From NCBI GenBank assembly GCA_017405375.1, contig JAFRAO010000043.1, positions 111 through 64,110 on the forward strand: a stretch of DNA of 64,000 nt, in the 5' to 3' direction. Source of the stretch: a bacterium (GTDB lineage: Bacteria > Cyanobacteriota > Vampirovibrionia > Gastranaerophilales > Gastranaerophilaceae). Made by a program: the position numbers and the translations under genes. Below the pieces are notes generated by a model that saw only the letters and a list, made by a program, of their open reading frames with translations, did no database searches and had not been told where the DNA came from. The stretch's first letter is position 1. Every line of letters starts with the position of its first letter. Of the stretch, positions 54,970 to 64,000 are shown one piece after another.

Positions 54970-56100
54970 CTACTGTTCGCAAATTAATAATATTTCGCCT
55001 CTTATTGTACCATCAAGTGGTTTTACTATTCTATATTTATAACCTAAATTTAATTTTTCAATGATTGATTTAATATTGAAAAAGTCTGTCGCAAAATGAT
55101 ATATACTTAATAGCAAAGTTGGTTTTTGAGTTATTATTGTATTTATTGCTCCTTTTAAAAACTCTTGTTCAAAACCTTCAATATCAACTTTTATAAGTCC
55201 GATATTATTTAGGTTATTTTCTTTTACATAATCATCTAAAGTTGTTATTTCAATTTCTTCTGTTTCATATTCATTTAGAACAATCAACCTGTTAATGCTA
55301 CTCCCTGAATCCATTAGATGAATTAATTGCTTTTCTTTTTTAGAACCTAATCCTATATTAATCGGCACAATATTTTTACATTTTTGATTAAGTTTTAACG
55401 TTTGTTGCATAAAATTATATAGTCCTGTTGTCGGCTCAAAAGAATAAATCATACCGTTTGTATATGGAGAAAAAACTATTGCACTATCTCCAATGTATCC
55501 ACCGACATCTATAATGTCTTTATTATTAAAAAGCATCTTATTTAATGAATCTACATTATGTTTATAATAAAAAACACTTCCTTCAAAATGATTAATAGGT
55601 AATTTATATTTTTTATATCTATAACAATTATCATTTATTTTTTTTATATTAAAAAATAAATCCAATAACACTTTTTTTATTTGCTTTTGCTCTTGTTTAC
55701 TAAATAAAATGTCATGTACTATTATATTATTTTCACTTACAAGTTTTATTTTTGAAATAATATTATCTACACATTTTATACTTTTTGAACTAAGATTTTT
55801 TGTTAAAGATTTGTATAATTCAGGATAATTTAGAGATTGCATTTCTTCATAAAATTTATTAATAGACATTCTTTCATATTCAGGAATGCTTAATTTGCTA
55901 AAATTTAATATATGCAATAAATTACTACAGCTATTAATTATTTTTAGAATTATGTTTTTTAATACACTTTTAAATATATATATTTTTGCTATGCAAATTT
56001 TTTTCCAATTAGTAATTTTTGTTGCGCAAAATTTTTTTCCATTAGTATAGTTTATATAAAATTTTTTTATAAAAAACAAAACAATATATGATAATGACAT
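54970..56100 (-). CDS. FkbM-family methyltransferase
   Basis: IIDVGGYIGDSA and IKVDIEGFEQEFL motifs. N-terminal hydrophobic segment. Confidence 0.75.
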   Translation of the reverse strand: MSLSYIVLFFIKKFYINYTNGKKFCATKITNWKKICIAKIYIFKSVLKNIILKIINSCSNLLHILNFSKLSIPEYERMSINKFYEEMQSLNYPELYKSLTKNLSSKSIKCVDNIISKIKLVSENNIIVHDILFSKQEQKQIKKVLLDLFFNIKKINDNCYRYKKYKLPINHFEGSVFYYKHNVDSLNKMLFNNKDIIDVGGYIGDSAIVFSPYTNGMIYSFEPTTGLYNFMQQTLKLNQKCKNIVPINIGLGSKKEKQLIHLMDSGSSINRLIVLNEYETEEIEITTLDDYVKENNLNNIGLIKVDIEGFEQEFLKGAINTIITQKPTLLLSIYHFATDFFNIKSIIEKLNLGYKYRIVKPLDGTIRGEILLICEQ

Positions 56101-56210
56101 TTATATCAGTTTCCTTATTAAAAAGCTTTTGAATACTTTCTGTATATTTCTGTATATTTAAACACAAAATAACAAAATAATCCAGAATTTTTAAAATTTA
56201 TATTATTCTT

Positions 56211-57074
56211 CTAGTTTATATCCAATAATATTATAGATAACCTAATTTTTCGTTTCATTTTGTTTATAAAATGAGTAAAGAATTTCCATCTGAATGGAGT
56301 TTGCAAGTAATAATAATAATATTCCAAAACAAAATTCAAAGATTTTTCAAAGTTCCATGGTTTTCTTGATGTAACAAAATGAACTATTACTATGTTATTT
56401 TTTAATTTTTTATACTTTTTATCTGTATCAGGCAAAAAATCACTGTGCTGAAAATTATAAATTTTATCTAAAAACATTACATTTTCGTTAAATACAGCAT
56501 TCAAAACACATTGGTCAACCCAACAAATTTTATCAGAATTATATTTTATAAAATCAAAAAACTTTTCTTCCAAATTATCTTTTCTGATTTTTTTTAGATT
56601 TAAAAGTAATACACCTGCATTGAAATAATTTTTTATAGGTAATTTATGAAATTTTTTGTAATAAGAACTTTCATCAATTACTGCACCGGCATAGTGTTCT
56701 TTTAAATCAATACTAAATAACTTCGCAATATTTTTTTTTACTGCAATATCAACATCCAAATATAAAAGTTTATCAACATTAACTAATGACGGTAGTTTTA
56801 ATCTGAAATATGTTTCTATAGTAAAAAAATTATTTAACGGAACATTTGAAAAAATTTCTCTATTCACCTTTAAATATTCTATTTCAAATTTTGTTTTAGA
56901 TTTTATTTTTGCAAGTTTTTGCTTATTTTCCTGAGTAATTCCACCATCAAGAACAAAAAACTTATAATTATCCAAAACATTTGAGTGTTTTAAAATCGAA
57001 ACAAGAGTAACCGCAAGTTTATCCACCCAATTGTTATTACATGAAAATGCAATGTTTATACACTCTCTAGCCAT
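56211..57074 (-). CDS. GT8 family glycosyltransferase
   Basis: INIAFSCNNNW..., LYLDVDIAV (DxD), FNAGVLLLNL, HFVTSRKPW. Confidence 0.82.
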   Translation of the reverse strand: MARECINIAFSCNNNWVDKLAVTLVSILKHSNVLDNYKFFVLDGGITQENKQKLAKIKSKTKFEIEYLKVNREIFSNVPLNNFFTIETYFRLKLPSLVNVDKLLYLDVDIAVKKNIAKLFSIDLKEHYAGAVIDESSYYKKFHKLPIKNYFNAGVLLLNLKKIRKDNLEEKFFDFIKYNSDKICWVDQCVLNAVFNENVMFLDKIYNFQHSDFLPDTDKKYKKLKNNIVIVHFVTSRKPWNFEKSLNFVLEYYYYYLQTPFRWKFFTHFINKMKRKIRLSIILLDIN

Positions 57075-57765
57075 TCTTATTCCTTTTTGCCAAAATGTTT
57101 TTTATAACCTCTAAATCATCTTTTTGAGTAATTTTTACATTTATTTCATCACCCTCTACAATGTGTATCGGTGCTAAATTATATTTCAAAATCAAACCAC
57201 AATCATCCGTAAAAGAAACATTTTTATCTTCCATTGCCAATTTATGAGCTTTTTGGATTAATTCAACTCTAAAAGATTGTGGAGTCTGAACCCTTTTCAA
57301 TGATTTTCTTTGCGGAATATTCGTGATTATATTATCTTCATCTACTTGAATTATTGTATCAACAGTATCTATCGCTGTTCCGACAGCTTGATACTTTTTT
57401 AGAGCCTCAACATTATCATTAATGATTTTTTGTGTAACAAAAGCCCTGACTGCATCATGAATTAACACATTTGAATTATTATCAGCAGCACTTGTACCTA
57501 TATAAGAACTTTCTACTCTTGTTTTTCCGCCGTTTAAAACTTTTGATATTTTTTTATAATCATTGTTTTTAAGGATGTCTTCTGCCAAATCTCTAAATTG
57601 CGGATTTGTAACAAGTATAATTTCATCAATATTCTTATTCTGTTCAAATGCATCAAGAGAATGTTCTAATATAGTTTTCCCTTCAAACTTATAAAACTGC
57701 TTTGGAATATTTTCCCCAAAGCGTTCACCTGTACCTGATGCTAAAACAACTGCAATATTTTTCAT
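57067..57765 (-). CDS. IspD/TarI-family sugar-phosphate cytidylyltransferase
   Basis: VLASGTGERFGENIPKQFYKFEGKTILEHSL and LIHDAVRAF. Sequence alone cannot separate MEP cytidylyltransferase from ribitol-5-P cytidylyltransferase. It is co-oriented with glycan genes. Confidence 0.8.
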   Translation of the reverse strand: MKNIAVVLASGTGERFGENIPKQFYKFEGKTILEHSLDAFEQNKNIDEIILVTNPQFRDLAEDILKNNDYKKISKVLNGGKTRVESSYIGTSAADNNSNVLIHDAVRAFVTQKIINDNVEALKKYQAVGTAIDTVDTIIQVDEDNIITNIPQRKSLKRVQTPQSFRVELIQKAHKLAMEDKNVSFTDDCGLILKYNLAPIHIVEGDEINVKITQKDDLEVIKNILAKRNKNG

Positions 57766-57856
57766 ACATTACCTGTTGGATTTATTTCTTTTTATATTAT
57801 ACACTAAACTTAAATTATGGTATAATAAAATGGCTAATATATAGAGGAAATACAAA

Positions 57857-58690
57857 ATGGGTTATAAAATTACATCAAAAAAAGAAATTTGTCCAAATCA
57901 ATACGAAATAACTATTGAGGCACCTTATGTTGTAAAAAACGCAAAAGCCGGACAATTCATTATATTTAGAGCATTTAAAGACAGCGAAAGAGTTCCTTTA
58001 ACCATAGCTGATGTTGATAAGGAAAACGGTCTTTTGACATTGGTATTTATGGCTGTCGGATATTCAACAAAACAACTTGCATCATTGGAAGTTGGTGATG
58101 AATTAGCTGATATTGTAGGACCGTTAGGTCAACCGACACACATCAAAAAATATGGTACGGTTGTTTGCCTTGCAGGCGGTTATGGTGCAGCTCCTTGTTA
58201 TTTAATAGCAAAAGCCTTCAAAGATGCAGGCAATAAAGTTTATATGATTATGGGTGCAAGAAATAAAGAATTAATCTTCTGGGAAGATAAAATGAAAAAT
58301 GCATGCACAGAATTATTTATCACAACCGATGACGGCTCATTAGGCGAAAAAGGCTTTGTAACTCAGGTTTTGGAACGAATAATGGGTCAAGAGAAAGTTG
58401 ATTATGCAATAGCAGTTGGTCCAATGCCAATGATGAGAGCGGTTGCCAATTTAACACGAGATAAAGGTATTTATACAGAAGCAAGCATGAATCCTATTAT
58501 GGTTGACGGAACAGGCATGTGCGGCGCATGCAGAGTTACTGTTGGCGGGGAAGTTAAATTTGCTTGTGTTGACGGTCCTGATTTTGATGCGCATAAAATT
58601 GACTTTGACGAAGTAATTAATCGTACTCGTATTTATAAAGATCAGGAACGTAAAAGAGATGAAAATTGTAATTTATTAAAGAAAGGATAA
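57857..58690 (+). CDS. NfnA/SudB/PyrK-like FAD and [2Fe-2S] oxidoreductase small subunit
   Basis: 277 aa. FNR-like fold (RVPLTIAD) and C-terminal Cys cluster MCGACRV...FACVDGPDF. Confidence 0.82.
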   Translation: MGYKITSKKEICPNQYEITIEAPYVVKNAKAGQFIIFRAFKDSERVPLTIADVDKENGLLTLVFMAVGYSTKQLASLEVGDELADIVGPLGQPTHIKKYGTVVCLAGGYGAAPCYLIAKAFKDAGNKVYMIMGARNKELIFWEDKMKNACTELFITTDDGSLGEKGFVTQVLERIMGQEKVDYAIAVGPMPMMRAVANLTRDKGIYTEASMNPIMVDGTGMCGACRVTVGGEVKFACVDGPDFDAHKIDFDEVINRTRIYKDQERKRDENCNLLKKG

Positions 58691-58693
58691 ATT

Positions 58694-58873
58694 ATGCCGG
58701 ATAAAAATATTCCATTTTGCCCGCTTATGTCAGCAGGCTCAGATTTTGAAAAGGTTTGCATACAGGAATCTTGTGCATGGTATTTAAAAAATTATAAAAT
58801 TTGTTCAGTATATATGCTTGCACACAATGCAGCATTAGATGTTCAAGCAAAACAAGCTAAGAAACAACAGTAA
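58694..58873 (+). CDS. Small Cys-containing ORF (59 aa), absent from the supplied ORF track
   Basis: Translated by hand: MPDKNIPFCPLMSAGSDFEKVCIQESCAWYLKNYKICSVYMLAHNAALDVQAKQAKKQQ. GAAAGGA lies upstream. It fills the gap between neighbours exactly (3 nt and 2 nt spacers). Confidence 0.5.
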   Translation: MPDKNIPFCPLMSAGSDFEKVCIQESCAWYLKNYKICSVYMLAHNAALDVQAKQAKKQQ

Positions 58874-58875
58874 TT

Positions 58876-59655
58876 ATGAATATTGCAGTATGTATAAAAC
58901 AAGTTCCGGATACTGCAGAAATCAAATGGACTGAAAATAATACTATCGACAGAAACGGTTTAGAAAGTGTTATCAATCCGTTTGATGTTTATGCTCTCGA
59001 AACAGCGTTAAGGATTAAAGATAAATACGAGAATATAAGAATAACAGCGTTAACAATGGGACCGCCTCAAGCTGAAGAAATAATCAGAAAAGCTATTTCT
59101 TTTGGAGTTGATAATGGTTTTGTTATTACTGATAAAAAGTTTTCAGGAGCTGATACGGTTGCAACCGGCAGAACTATTGCAAATGCCATATCAAAATGCA
59201 TAGAAAATGTTGATTTGGTTATATGCGGACAATTTGCAACCGACGGTGATACCGCACAGACAGGTCCTACAATTTCGACAAATCTTAATTACGCACTTGC
59301 AACTTACGTAAAAGAAGTTTTGAATATTGAAAACGGTTTTATAACTGTGAAGAAAGAGGTTGAAGACGGCATTGAAACATTAAAATTAAAACTTCCGGCT
59401 GTAATATGCATACAAAAATGTGATTATGAACCAAGACGACCATTAATTGACGGATTTATAAAAGCCCAAAAAGCAGAAATTCCATACTACTCAATGGATG
59501 ATATCGGACTTGAAGCAGATAAAGTCGGAATAAAAGGTTCTCCTACGTACGTAAGCAAGGCATTTAGACCGGAACAAAAACATGGCGGGGAAATTTTTGA
59601 AAATTTGACAACACAAGAATCCGTAAATAAAATTATAGAGGCTTTGAATGACTAG
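58876..59655 (+). CDS. etfB: Electron transfer flavoprotein beta subunit
   Basis: MNIAVCIKQVPDT... and the collinear EtfB pattern. Confidence 0.9.
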   Translation: MNIAVCIKQVPDTAEIKWTENNTIDRNGLESVINPFDVYALETALRIKDKYENIRITALTMGPPQAEEIIRKAISFGVDNGFVITDKKFSGADTVATGRTIANAISKCIENVDLVICGQFATDGDTAQTGPTISTNLNYALATYVKEVLNIENGFITVKKEVEDGIETLKLKLPAVICIQKCDYEPRRPLIDGFIKAQKAEIPYYSMDDIGLEADKVGIKGSPTYVSKAFRPEQKHGGEIFENLTTQESVNKIIEALND

Positions 59656-60646
59656 GGAAATTTTAATTTACGCACAAACAAATAGAGAACATAAAATATT
59701 AAATGTTGTTTTAGAGCTTTCTTGTGCTGCACAGGAATTATCTAAAAAGCTTGATAATTGCATAATAGCCGCACTTCTAGTAACCGATGGAACAAATCTT
59801 GAACAGAATAAAAATATTTTAAAACAAAACGGATTTGACAAAGTCTATATTGCTCAAAATACTGAGTTCAAAAACTATAATACAAAATATTATTCCAATA
59901 TTGCAATTAATCTCATTAATGAAATAAATCCTGAAATTGTTTTAATTGGAGCAACTACACAAGGTCGAGAGTTAGCACCTGTTATATCATCTCGCCTAAA
60001 TACAGGACTAACAGCAGACTGCACAGGTTTAGATATAAGTGATGAAGGAAAACTCGTTGCAACACGTCCGACATTTGGCGGAAATTTAATGGCAAACATT
60101 TTGTGCAAAAACTACCCGCAAATGGCAACTGTCAGACCAAAAGTTTTAAAAATTTCAGATTATCCTTTAGAAAAAAATACAGAATTTATCACAATTAATT
60201 CTGACATAAGTAATATTGAAAAAGATGTTGAAATAGTTGATTTTATACCAAATATTCAACTGACAGATTTTCGGATTGACGAGGCTGAAATTATTGTTGC
60301 CGGTGGTAAAGGAATGAAATCAAAAGAAGGATTTAAATTATTAAAAGAACTTGCAGATGTGCTTGGCGGTTCTGTTGGTGCCAGTAGAGGAGCAGTTGAT
60401 TTAAAACTTGCAGACAGCTCTATTCAAGTTGGACAAACAGGAAAAACCGTTATGCCAAAAACCTACATTGCTTGCGGAATATCAGGAGCAATTCAACATA
60501 CTGTCGGAATGAGCGGTGCTGAAAAAATTATTGCAATTAACAAAGACAAAAACGCTCCTATATTCAAAATTGCAGATGTAGGAATCGTTGGAGATGTATT
60601 TGAAATTCTACCGAAATTAATTGAAAGTTTAAAAGAAAGAAGATAA
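59648..60646 (+). CDS. etfA: Electron transfer flavoprotein alpha subunit
   Basis: C-terminal FAD-binding region VAGGKGM...YIACGISGAIQH. Overlaps etfB by 8 nt. Confidence 0.9.
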   Translation: MTREILIYAQTNREHKILNVVLELSCAAQELSKKLDNCIIAALLVTDGTNLEQNKNILKQNGFDKVYIAQNTEFKNYNTKYYSNIAINLINEINPEIVLIGATTQGRELAPVISSRLNTGLTADCTGLDISDEGKLVATRPTFGGNLMANILCKNYPQMATVRPKVLKISDYPLEKNTEFITINSDISNIEKDVEIVDFIPNIQLTDFRIDEAEIIVAGGKGMKSKEGFKLLKELADVLGGSVGASRGAVDLKLADSSIQVGQTGKTVMPKTYIACGISGAIQHTVGMSGAEKIIAINKDKNAPIFKIADVGIVGDVFEILPKLIESLKERR

Positions 60647-60650
60647 ACAA

Positions 60651-61934
60651 ATGAAAAATACAGTTGTCATTGGCGCACAATGGGGTGATGAAGGAAAGGC
60701 AAAAATTACAGATTTGTTAGCTGAAAAAGCAGATATGATTATTCGTTATCAAGGCGGTTGTAACGCAGGACACACAGTTGTTCATAATGGTGAAACTTAT
60801 AAACTTCACATTGTACCATCAGGGATTTTATATGATAATAAAATTTGCTTTATCGCAAATGGCACAGTAATTTTACCTGAAGTATTTGAACAGGAAACAA
60901 AAGAATTAAAAGAAAGAGGAGTTGATTTATCAAAATTAAAAATAAGTCCGCTTGCAACAATTACAATGCCTTATCATACAGAAGTTGACGGATGGGCAGA
61001 AGACACAGTTAAAAAAGGTAAAATAGGTTCTACTCGAAAAGGAATAGGTCCTACATATACAGATAAAATTGCAAGATGTGCACTAAAAGTTGGTGATTTA
61101 TTTGATGAAGAAACTCTTTTGGAAAAAATTGACATTATTTTACCTTTGAAAAATAAAATTTTAAAACAAGTTTACGGACTAAAAGAATATTCCAAAGATG
61201 AAATTTTAGAGCTTTGCAAAAAATATAAAGCAATATTTGAACCATACATTTGCGAAAATTGGCAGGATTTACTTAGAGAAAACAAAAAAAAGAATATTTT
61301 ATTTGAAGGTGCACAAGGTGTAATGCTTGATGTGGATTTTGGAACATATCCGTTTGTAACAAGCTCTAACCCAATCAGCGGCGGAGCATGCACAGGCAGT
61401 GGGTATGGCCCTGCAATGATTGATGAAGTGATTGGTGTTTCAAAAGCATACGTTACAAGAGTCGGCGAAGGTCCGTTTGTAACAGAATTAAATGATGAAA
61501 TAGGCGACAAAATAAGAGAAATCGGCCATGAATTCGGAACAACAACAGGTCGTCCAAGACGCTGCGGTTGGTTTGATGCTGTTATTGCAAAATATGCTGT
61601 GCTTGTTGGCGGACTTACTTCAATGGCATTAACTAAAATTGATGTTTTTGACGATTTTGATGAAATAAAAATCTGTACCGCATACAAAGATACAAAAAAC
61701 GGTAAAATTTATAACAACTATCCGACAGATGTATTTATTCACGATAGATTAGAACCAATTTATGAAACACACAAAGGTTGGAAACAATCTTTATCGGATG
61801 TAAAAAGATATCAAGATTTGCCAAAAGAAGCAAAGGATTATTTAAAACGACTTGAAGAAATATTTGAAATTCCTATTTCTATAATCAGTGTTGGACCTGA
61901 TAGAGAACAAACTATTTTGATGAAAAATTTTTAA
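60651..61934 (+). CDS. purA: Adenylosuccinate synthetase
   Basis: GAQWGDEGKAKITD, GTTTGRPRRCGW, GPDREQ. Confidence 0.95.
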   Translation: MKNTVVIGAQWGDEGKAKITDLLAEKADMIIRYQGGCNAGHTVVHNGETYKLHIVPSGILYDNKICFIANGTVILPEVFEQETKELKERGVDLSKLKISPLATITMPYHTEVDGWAEDTVKKGKIGSTRKGIGPTYTDKIARCALKVGDLFDEETLLEKIDIILPLKNKILKQVYGLKEYSKDEILELCKKYKAIFEPYICENWQDLLRENKKKNILFEGAQGVMLDVDFGTYPFVTSSNPISGGACTGSGYGPAMIDEVIGVSKAYVTRVGEGPFVTELNDEIGDKIREIGHEFGTTTGRPRRCGWFDAVIAKYAVLVGGLTSMALTKIDVFDDFDEIKICTAYKDTKNGKIYNNYPTDVFIHDRLEPIYETHKGWKQSLSDVKRYQDLPKEAKDYLKRLEEIFEIPISIISVGPDREQTILMKNF

Positions 61935-61950
61935 ACATATTTAACGTTTC

Positions 61951-62847
61951 TTACTGTTCAATAGAATCGTAACCAAACATTTTTAAGGTTTTTTCGTTTT
62001 TACGCCAGTCCTTTTCCACTTTGACTGTCAAATCCAAATAAACTTTTTTCTCAACAATTTCTTCCAATTCTACTCTGGCTTGTGTGCCAATGGTTTTAAG
62101 TAATGAGCCGTTTTTCCCAATTAAAATACCTTTTTGACTTTTATGTTCGCAAAAAATAGTTGCATAAATTTTATCAATGTTTTCCAGCTCTATATAATTA
62201 TCAATAACAACTGCAATCGAATGAGGTATTTCGTCTTGAGTATTTAAAAGAATTTTCTCCCTTATGATTTCAGATGCAACATCACGCATGGTTTCTTCCG
62301 TTAAAACATCTTCCGGATACAATAAATCACCTTTAGGCAAATTATTGTAAATATTATCTAACAATACGTCAATATTTTTCCCTGTTTTTGCTGAAATATT
62401 TACGGTTGTAATGTTTTTATCAAAAAGTTGTTTATAACTTTGTAAATTTTGTTCAAATTTTTGGGGATTATTAATTTTATCGAATTTATTTAAGACTATT
62501 AAAATGGGAATTTCTGTTTTTGATAAAATATTTTGAACAATCCATTTATCGCCTTTACCTGCAGCATCGGATGAATCAACTAAAAATAATATCAAATCAC
62601 TATCAGGAACAGCTACTTTTGCCTCATCCAATAAAAAATCACCCAAACGATTCAACGGCTTGTGAACTCCCGGAGTATCCACAAAAACTATTTGACCCTT
62701 TTCGTTAGTTAAAATACCCTTGATTCTTTTTCTTGTAGTTTGAGCTTTGTCTGTTGTTATAACAATTTTCTGTCCCAGAATTTTATTTAAAAGTGTTGAT
62801 TTTCCGACATTCGGACGCCCTAATATTGTTACAAATCCGCTTTTCAT
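61951..62847 (-). CDS. era: GTPase Era
   Basis: GRPNVGKSTLLN, DTPG, NKFD and a C-terminal KH domain. Confidence 0.93.
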   Translation of the reverse strand: MKSGFVTILGRPNVGKSTLLNKILGQKIVITTDKAQTTRKRIKGILTNEKGQIVFVDTPGVHKPLNRLGDFLLDEAKVAVPDSDLILFLVDSSDAAGKGDKWIVQNILSKTEIPILIVLNKFDKINNPQKFEQNLQSYKQLFDKNITTVNISAKTGKNIDVLLDNIYNNLPKGDLLYPEDVLTEETMRDVASEIIREKILLNTQDEIPHSIAVVIDNYIELENIDKIYATIFCEHKSQKGILIGKNGSLLKTIGTQARVELEEIVEKKVYLDLTVKVEKDWRKNEKTLKMFGYDSIEQ

Positions 62848-62947
62848 AAATTAAGAATAACATAAATACAATAAAAAATAATAAATTTAACAAAAATAAA
62901 CTTTTTTTTTTAATTATACATGATAATATATTATTAGGAGATAATCT

Positions 62948-64000
62948 GTGCACAGACATCAATTAAAATATAGAATTATAATTTTAATATCAGTATTATT
63001 TTATACAACATTAGCATTTGCAAACACTAATGAGCTGTTAAATATGGACGTCAAACAAACATCTGAAGATACTGTTAAAATCAATATCTACACTGATAAA
63101 CCATATAATGAAAAGATTATTGTAAATAAAAAACCTGATAATAAGTACGTAATTTTATTACCTGAAACGACAAATGTAATGGTTGCAAAGCCTGATATAA
63201 GCGATGTAACAAATATAAAAAACATTGATGTAAAAACTCAACAATATTCGTCTTTGCCGGATAAGGGATATACAAAAATAACAATAGACAGCAAAAAACC
63301 TATTGAAATTATTCCGCAAGCACATTTCAAAATGCCTGTGTTTAATCAAACAAAAGTTATTACTAAAAAAAATACAGTTACGCCGGAACAAATACAAATG
63401 AACGTTCCGCAAAGAATATTAAATCAACGTAAAATTACAGTAAAAGATGAAAATTCTGAAAATCAGCAAAATCCAAAATCTTCCAACCAAAATAGTTTTC
63501 AATCGTCAAAAAATGAAGATAAGCCTATTTCAGATTCATTATCTAACCAAAAACAATCAAACAATATATTTGAAACAATAAAACAACCTTCACAAACTGC
63601 GAATGATGAAAATCAAGAAAATAGTGATGTTAGCACAGAACAAGAAAACATAAATAATAATGAGAATCCAAACGTTGATGAAAATAAAGATGAATTTTCG
63701 GAAAAAGATTTAGCACTATTCAAAAAAATTGTTAAAGTAAAACAAAAGTTAATTAGAGGAATTAAAAAACTCCTTTCAATTAAAATCTCATTTATTTCTG
63801 TCATAACAATAATTCAATTTTTATTATTAATCTTGCTGTTAAAAATAATAAAAGATTTAATAAAAAAAATTCAAGAAACATCTACTCAAAAACAAGAACC
63901 CAGAAAATTAATTCTTGATGATAATGAAACTTCAAAGCAAACATATCCGTCATATTCTAATATGGACGTTTATAGTGCTGCAAGGAGTACCTTTGAAGAA
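62948..64000 (+). CDS. Secreted protein with an AMIN-like N-terminal domain, 3' end outside the window (not in the ORF track)
   Basis: AGGAG lies 7 nt before GTG 62948. The frame is open for 351 codons to the window edge. Signal peptide IILISVLFYTTLAFA. DTVKINIYTDKPYNEKIIVNKKPDNKYVILLPET resembles AMIN domains. A later TM-like segment is ISFISVITIIQFLLLILLL. Confidence 0.65.
   Translation, partial: MHRHQLKYRIIILISVLFYTTLAFANTNELLNMDVKQTSEDTVKINIYTDKPYNEKIIVNKKPDNKYVILLPETTNVMVAKPDISDVTNIKNIDVKTQQYSSLPDKGYTKITIDSKKPIEIIPQAHFKMPVFNQTKVITKKNTVTPEQIQMNVPQRILNQRKITVKDENSENQQNPKSSNQNSFQSSKNEDKPISDSLSNQKQSNNIFETIKQPSQTANDENQENSDVSTEQENINNNENPNVDENKDEFSEKDLALFKKIVKVKQKLIRGIKKLLSIKISFISVITIIQFLLLILLLKIIKDLIKKIQETSTQKQEPRKLILDDNETSKQTYPSYSNMDVYSAARSTFEE

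Noticed and set aside
61172-61687. 171-aa minus-strand ORF inside purA, and similar antisense ORFs inside secA, aspS, pnp, ychF, alr and the GltD-like gene
   Set aside because: They are fully nested antisense to genes with unambiguous conserved motifs. They have no independent signals.
62902-62911. T10 homopolymer between era and the AMIN-like gene as a second phase-variation tract
   Set aside because: A/T runs of this size are common throughout this AT-rich sequence. Its position in a divergent promoter is unremarkable without population data.
1-64000. Alternative genetic code (UGA reassignment), as seen in some low-GC uncultured lineages
   Set aside because: Conserved genes (secA, pnp, aspS, purA) are full length and end at the expected positions with the standard code. 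Gene spacing is tight, with no split ORFs.
1-64000. Prophage, IS element, integron or CRISPR-Cas content
   Set aside because: I recognised no integrase, transposase, recombinase, capsid/terminase or cas-like ORF. The only repeats are the non-coding modules and the in-frame tandem repeats reported above.

Overview
AT-rich bacterial chromosomal segment read with the standard genetic code. ORFs are tightly packed; I support about 62 protein genes. The backbone is housekeeping: secA, ychF, lipA, alr, aspS, pnp, rpsL-rpsG, minCDE, hpf, yebC, purA, era, trkAH, kdsD-kdsC-queD-uppP, etfBA and two separated Nfn/Sud-like oxidoreductase subunits. The Kdo genes plus a prepilin-like protein suggest a diderm. 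Etf and Nfn-like genes fit an anaerobic lifestyle. Lineage cannot be fixed from sequence alone; a low-GC diderm such as a Melainabacteria-like gut organism is only a guess. There are two surface-glycan loci (10.6-13.9 kb and 49.2-57.8 kb). One RNA gene is clear: a long-form (Alu-domain) SRP RNA at 27.9-28.2 kb. I saw no tRNA, rRNA, CRISPR array, transposase or integrase. The most notable observations follow.

1. A 13-G homopolymer lies between a well-signalled ATG and a pilin-like ORF. Removing one G fuses the two frames, so this is a candidate phase switch.
2. Modular GC-richer hairpin repeat elements occur in at least two copies, in transcribed intergenic or 3' UTR positions.
3. A pyrimidine-rich element is bounded by perfect 27-bp direct repeats exactly 250 bp apart, abutting the aspS stop codon.
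4. A small accessory islet sits next to the SRP RNA gene. It carries a degenerate DUF262-like protein paired with an HTH protein, a BrnT/BrnA-like toxin-antitoxin pair with phased TGTACA operators, and a stand-alone candidate sRNA.
5. Two proteins carry repeat families typical of eukaryotes: mTERF-like 39-aa repeats and a single annexin-like repeat.
6. A PurH-like AICARFT domain has substitutions at conserved motif positions.

All homology statements are motif recognition by eye; no database search was run.
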